Source: Ginglymostoma cirratum (lineage: Eukaryota). From it: 64,000 bases of DNA. Below the pieces are notes generated by a model, which saw only the letters and a program-made list of their open reading frames with translations, was not told the DNA's origin and did no database searches. The stretch lies in contig JAHRHZ010000063.1 in the NCBI GenBank assembly GCA_024137785.1, positions 21,033,573 to 21,097,572 of the forward strand, given 5' to 3'. How positions within the stretch are numbered: the stretch's first letter is position 1; every line of letters starts with the position of its first letter. Below are positions 63,350 through 64,000 of this stretch, piece by piece. The translations under genes and the position numbers were made by a program.

Positions 63350-63785
63350 AACACGTGTGATTAGAAAGGAATGAGGACAGAGCAAGCTGGAGTCGACTGG
63401 GAAAGGAATTTAAAGAAAAAAGACTATTGATGAACAATGGCTGACCTGTAAGAAAGTGGTTGACTCACGATAAATCTATATTGCAATGAGAAAGAAGGAT
63501 TCTAGGAAGAGAATAAACCAACCATCGTTCACTATTGAAGTTAGGGATAATATCAAACTGAAAGAAAACATTGGTGGTAAGCCAGAGGATTGGGAAAATT
63601 TTCAAAAACAACAAAGGATGACCAAAAAAAATAAAGAGAGGGAAAATAAACTTTTAGGGCAATCTAGAAAGTAATATCAAAATGGACAGTAAGAATTTCT
63701 TTAAATATATAAAGAGGGAGGGAGAAGACAAAGTGAACATAAACCTTAAAGGATGAGGGTGGGGAATAATAATGCATAACCAGGA
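63350..63785 (+). mobile_element. CR1 ORF2 internal fragment
   Basis: GGKPEDWENFQKQQRMTKK, NIKMDSKNFFKYIK. Confidence 0.75.
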
Positions 63786-64000
63786 ACACCACCATCTGTA
63801 AATAACACTCCAAACCATTCACCGTCTTGGCTTTGAAATATAGCATTGTTCCTGGTTTGTAGCTGGGTCAATATCCTGGAAATCCCTCCCTAACTATCTA
63901 CCTACAACACTAGAGCACTGAAGTACTGTGGTTCACCTCCAAGAAGGTAGTACAATGGTTCAGTGCCACTCCCTCAAGAGCAACTAGGGATAGGCAAAGC

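Noticed and set aside
1-64000. A prokaryote-style novel system (operon, CRISPR, defence island) or horizontally acquired gene
   Set aside because: The sequence is intron-rich vertebrate DNA. The bacterial-looking thioesterase has a splice acceptor and a plausible vertebrate orthologue.

Overview
This is vertebrate genomic DNA, almost certainly from a cartilaginous fish: the repeats resemble shark CR1 LINEs, HE1-type SINEs and Penelope-like elements. The window holds a complete six-coding-exon reticulocalbin-1 gene (RCN1) on the minus strand, CDS 55156 to 16090. Its exons are 221/194/179/61/200/108 nt, all GT-AG, and encode 320 aa with a signal peptide, six EF-hands and a C-terminal HIEL instead of HDEL. 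A CpG-rich promoter lies at about 55.3-55.9 kb. At the left edge is the convergent terminal coding exon (331-730, +) of a hotdog-fold acyl-CoA thioesterase, probably the THEM7 orthologue. The rest is mostly transposon debris: CR1, RTE, Rex1/Babar, Gypsy, SINEs and Penelope-like elements. The most notable non-genic signals are three. First, many Penelope-derived minimal hammerhead ribozyme motifs sit in small, often palindromic, TSD-flanked insertions. Second, one such insertion carries a 110-bp inverted copy of DNA from 1.5 kb away. Third, a Gypsy-type integrase remnant is bounded by about 240-bp inverted (not direct) termini with a 4-bp TSD. I found no convincing wholly new protein-coding system. 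Repeat boundaries are approximate and family names were assigned by eye, not by database search.
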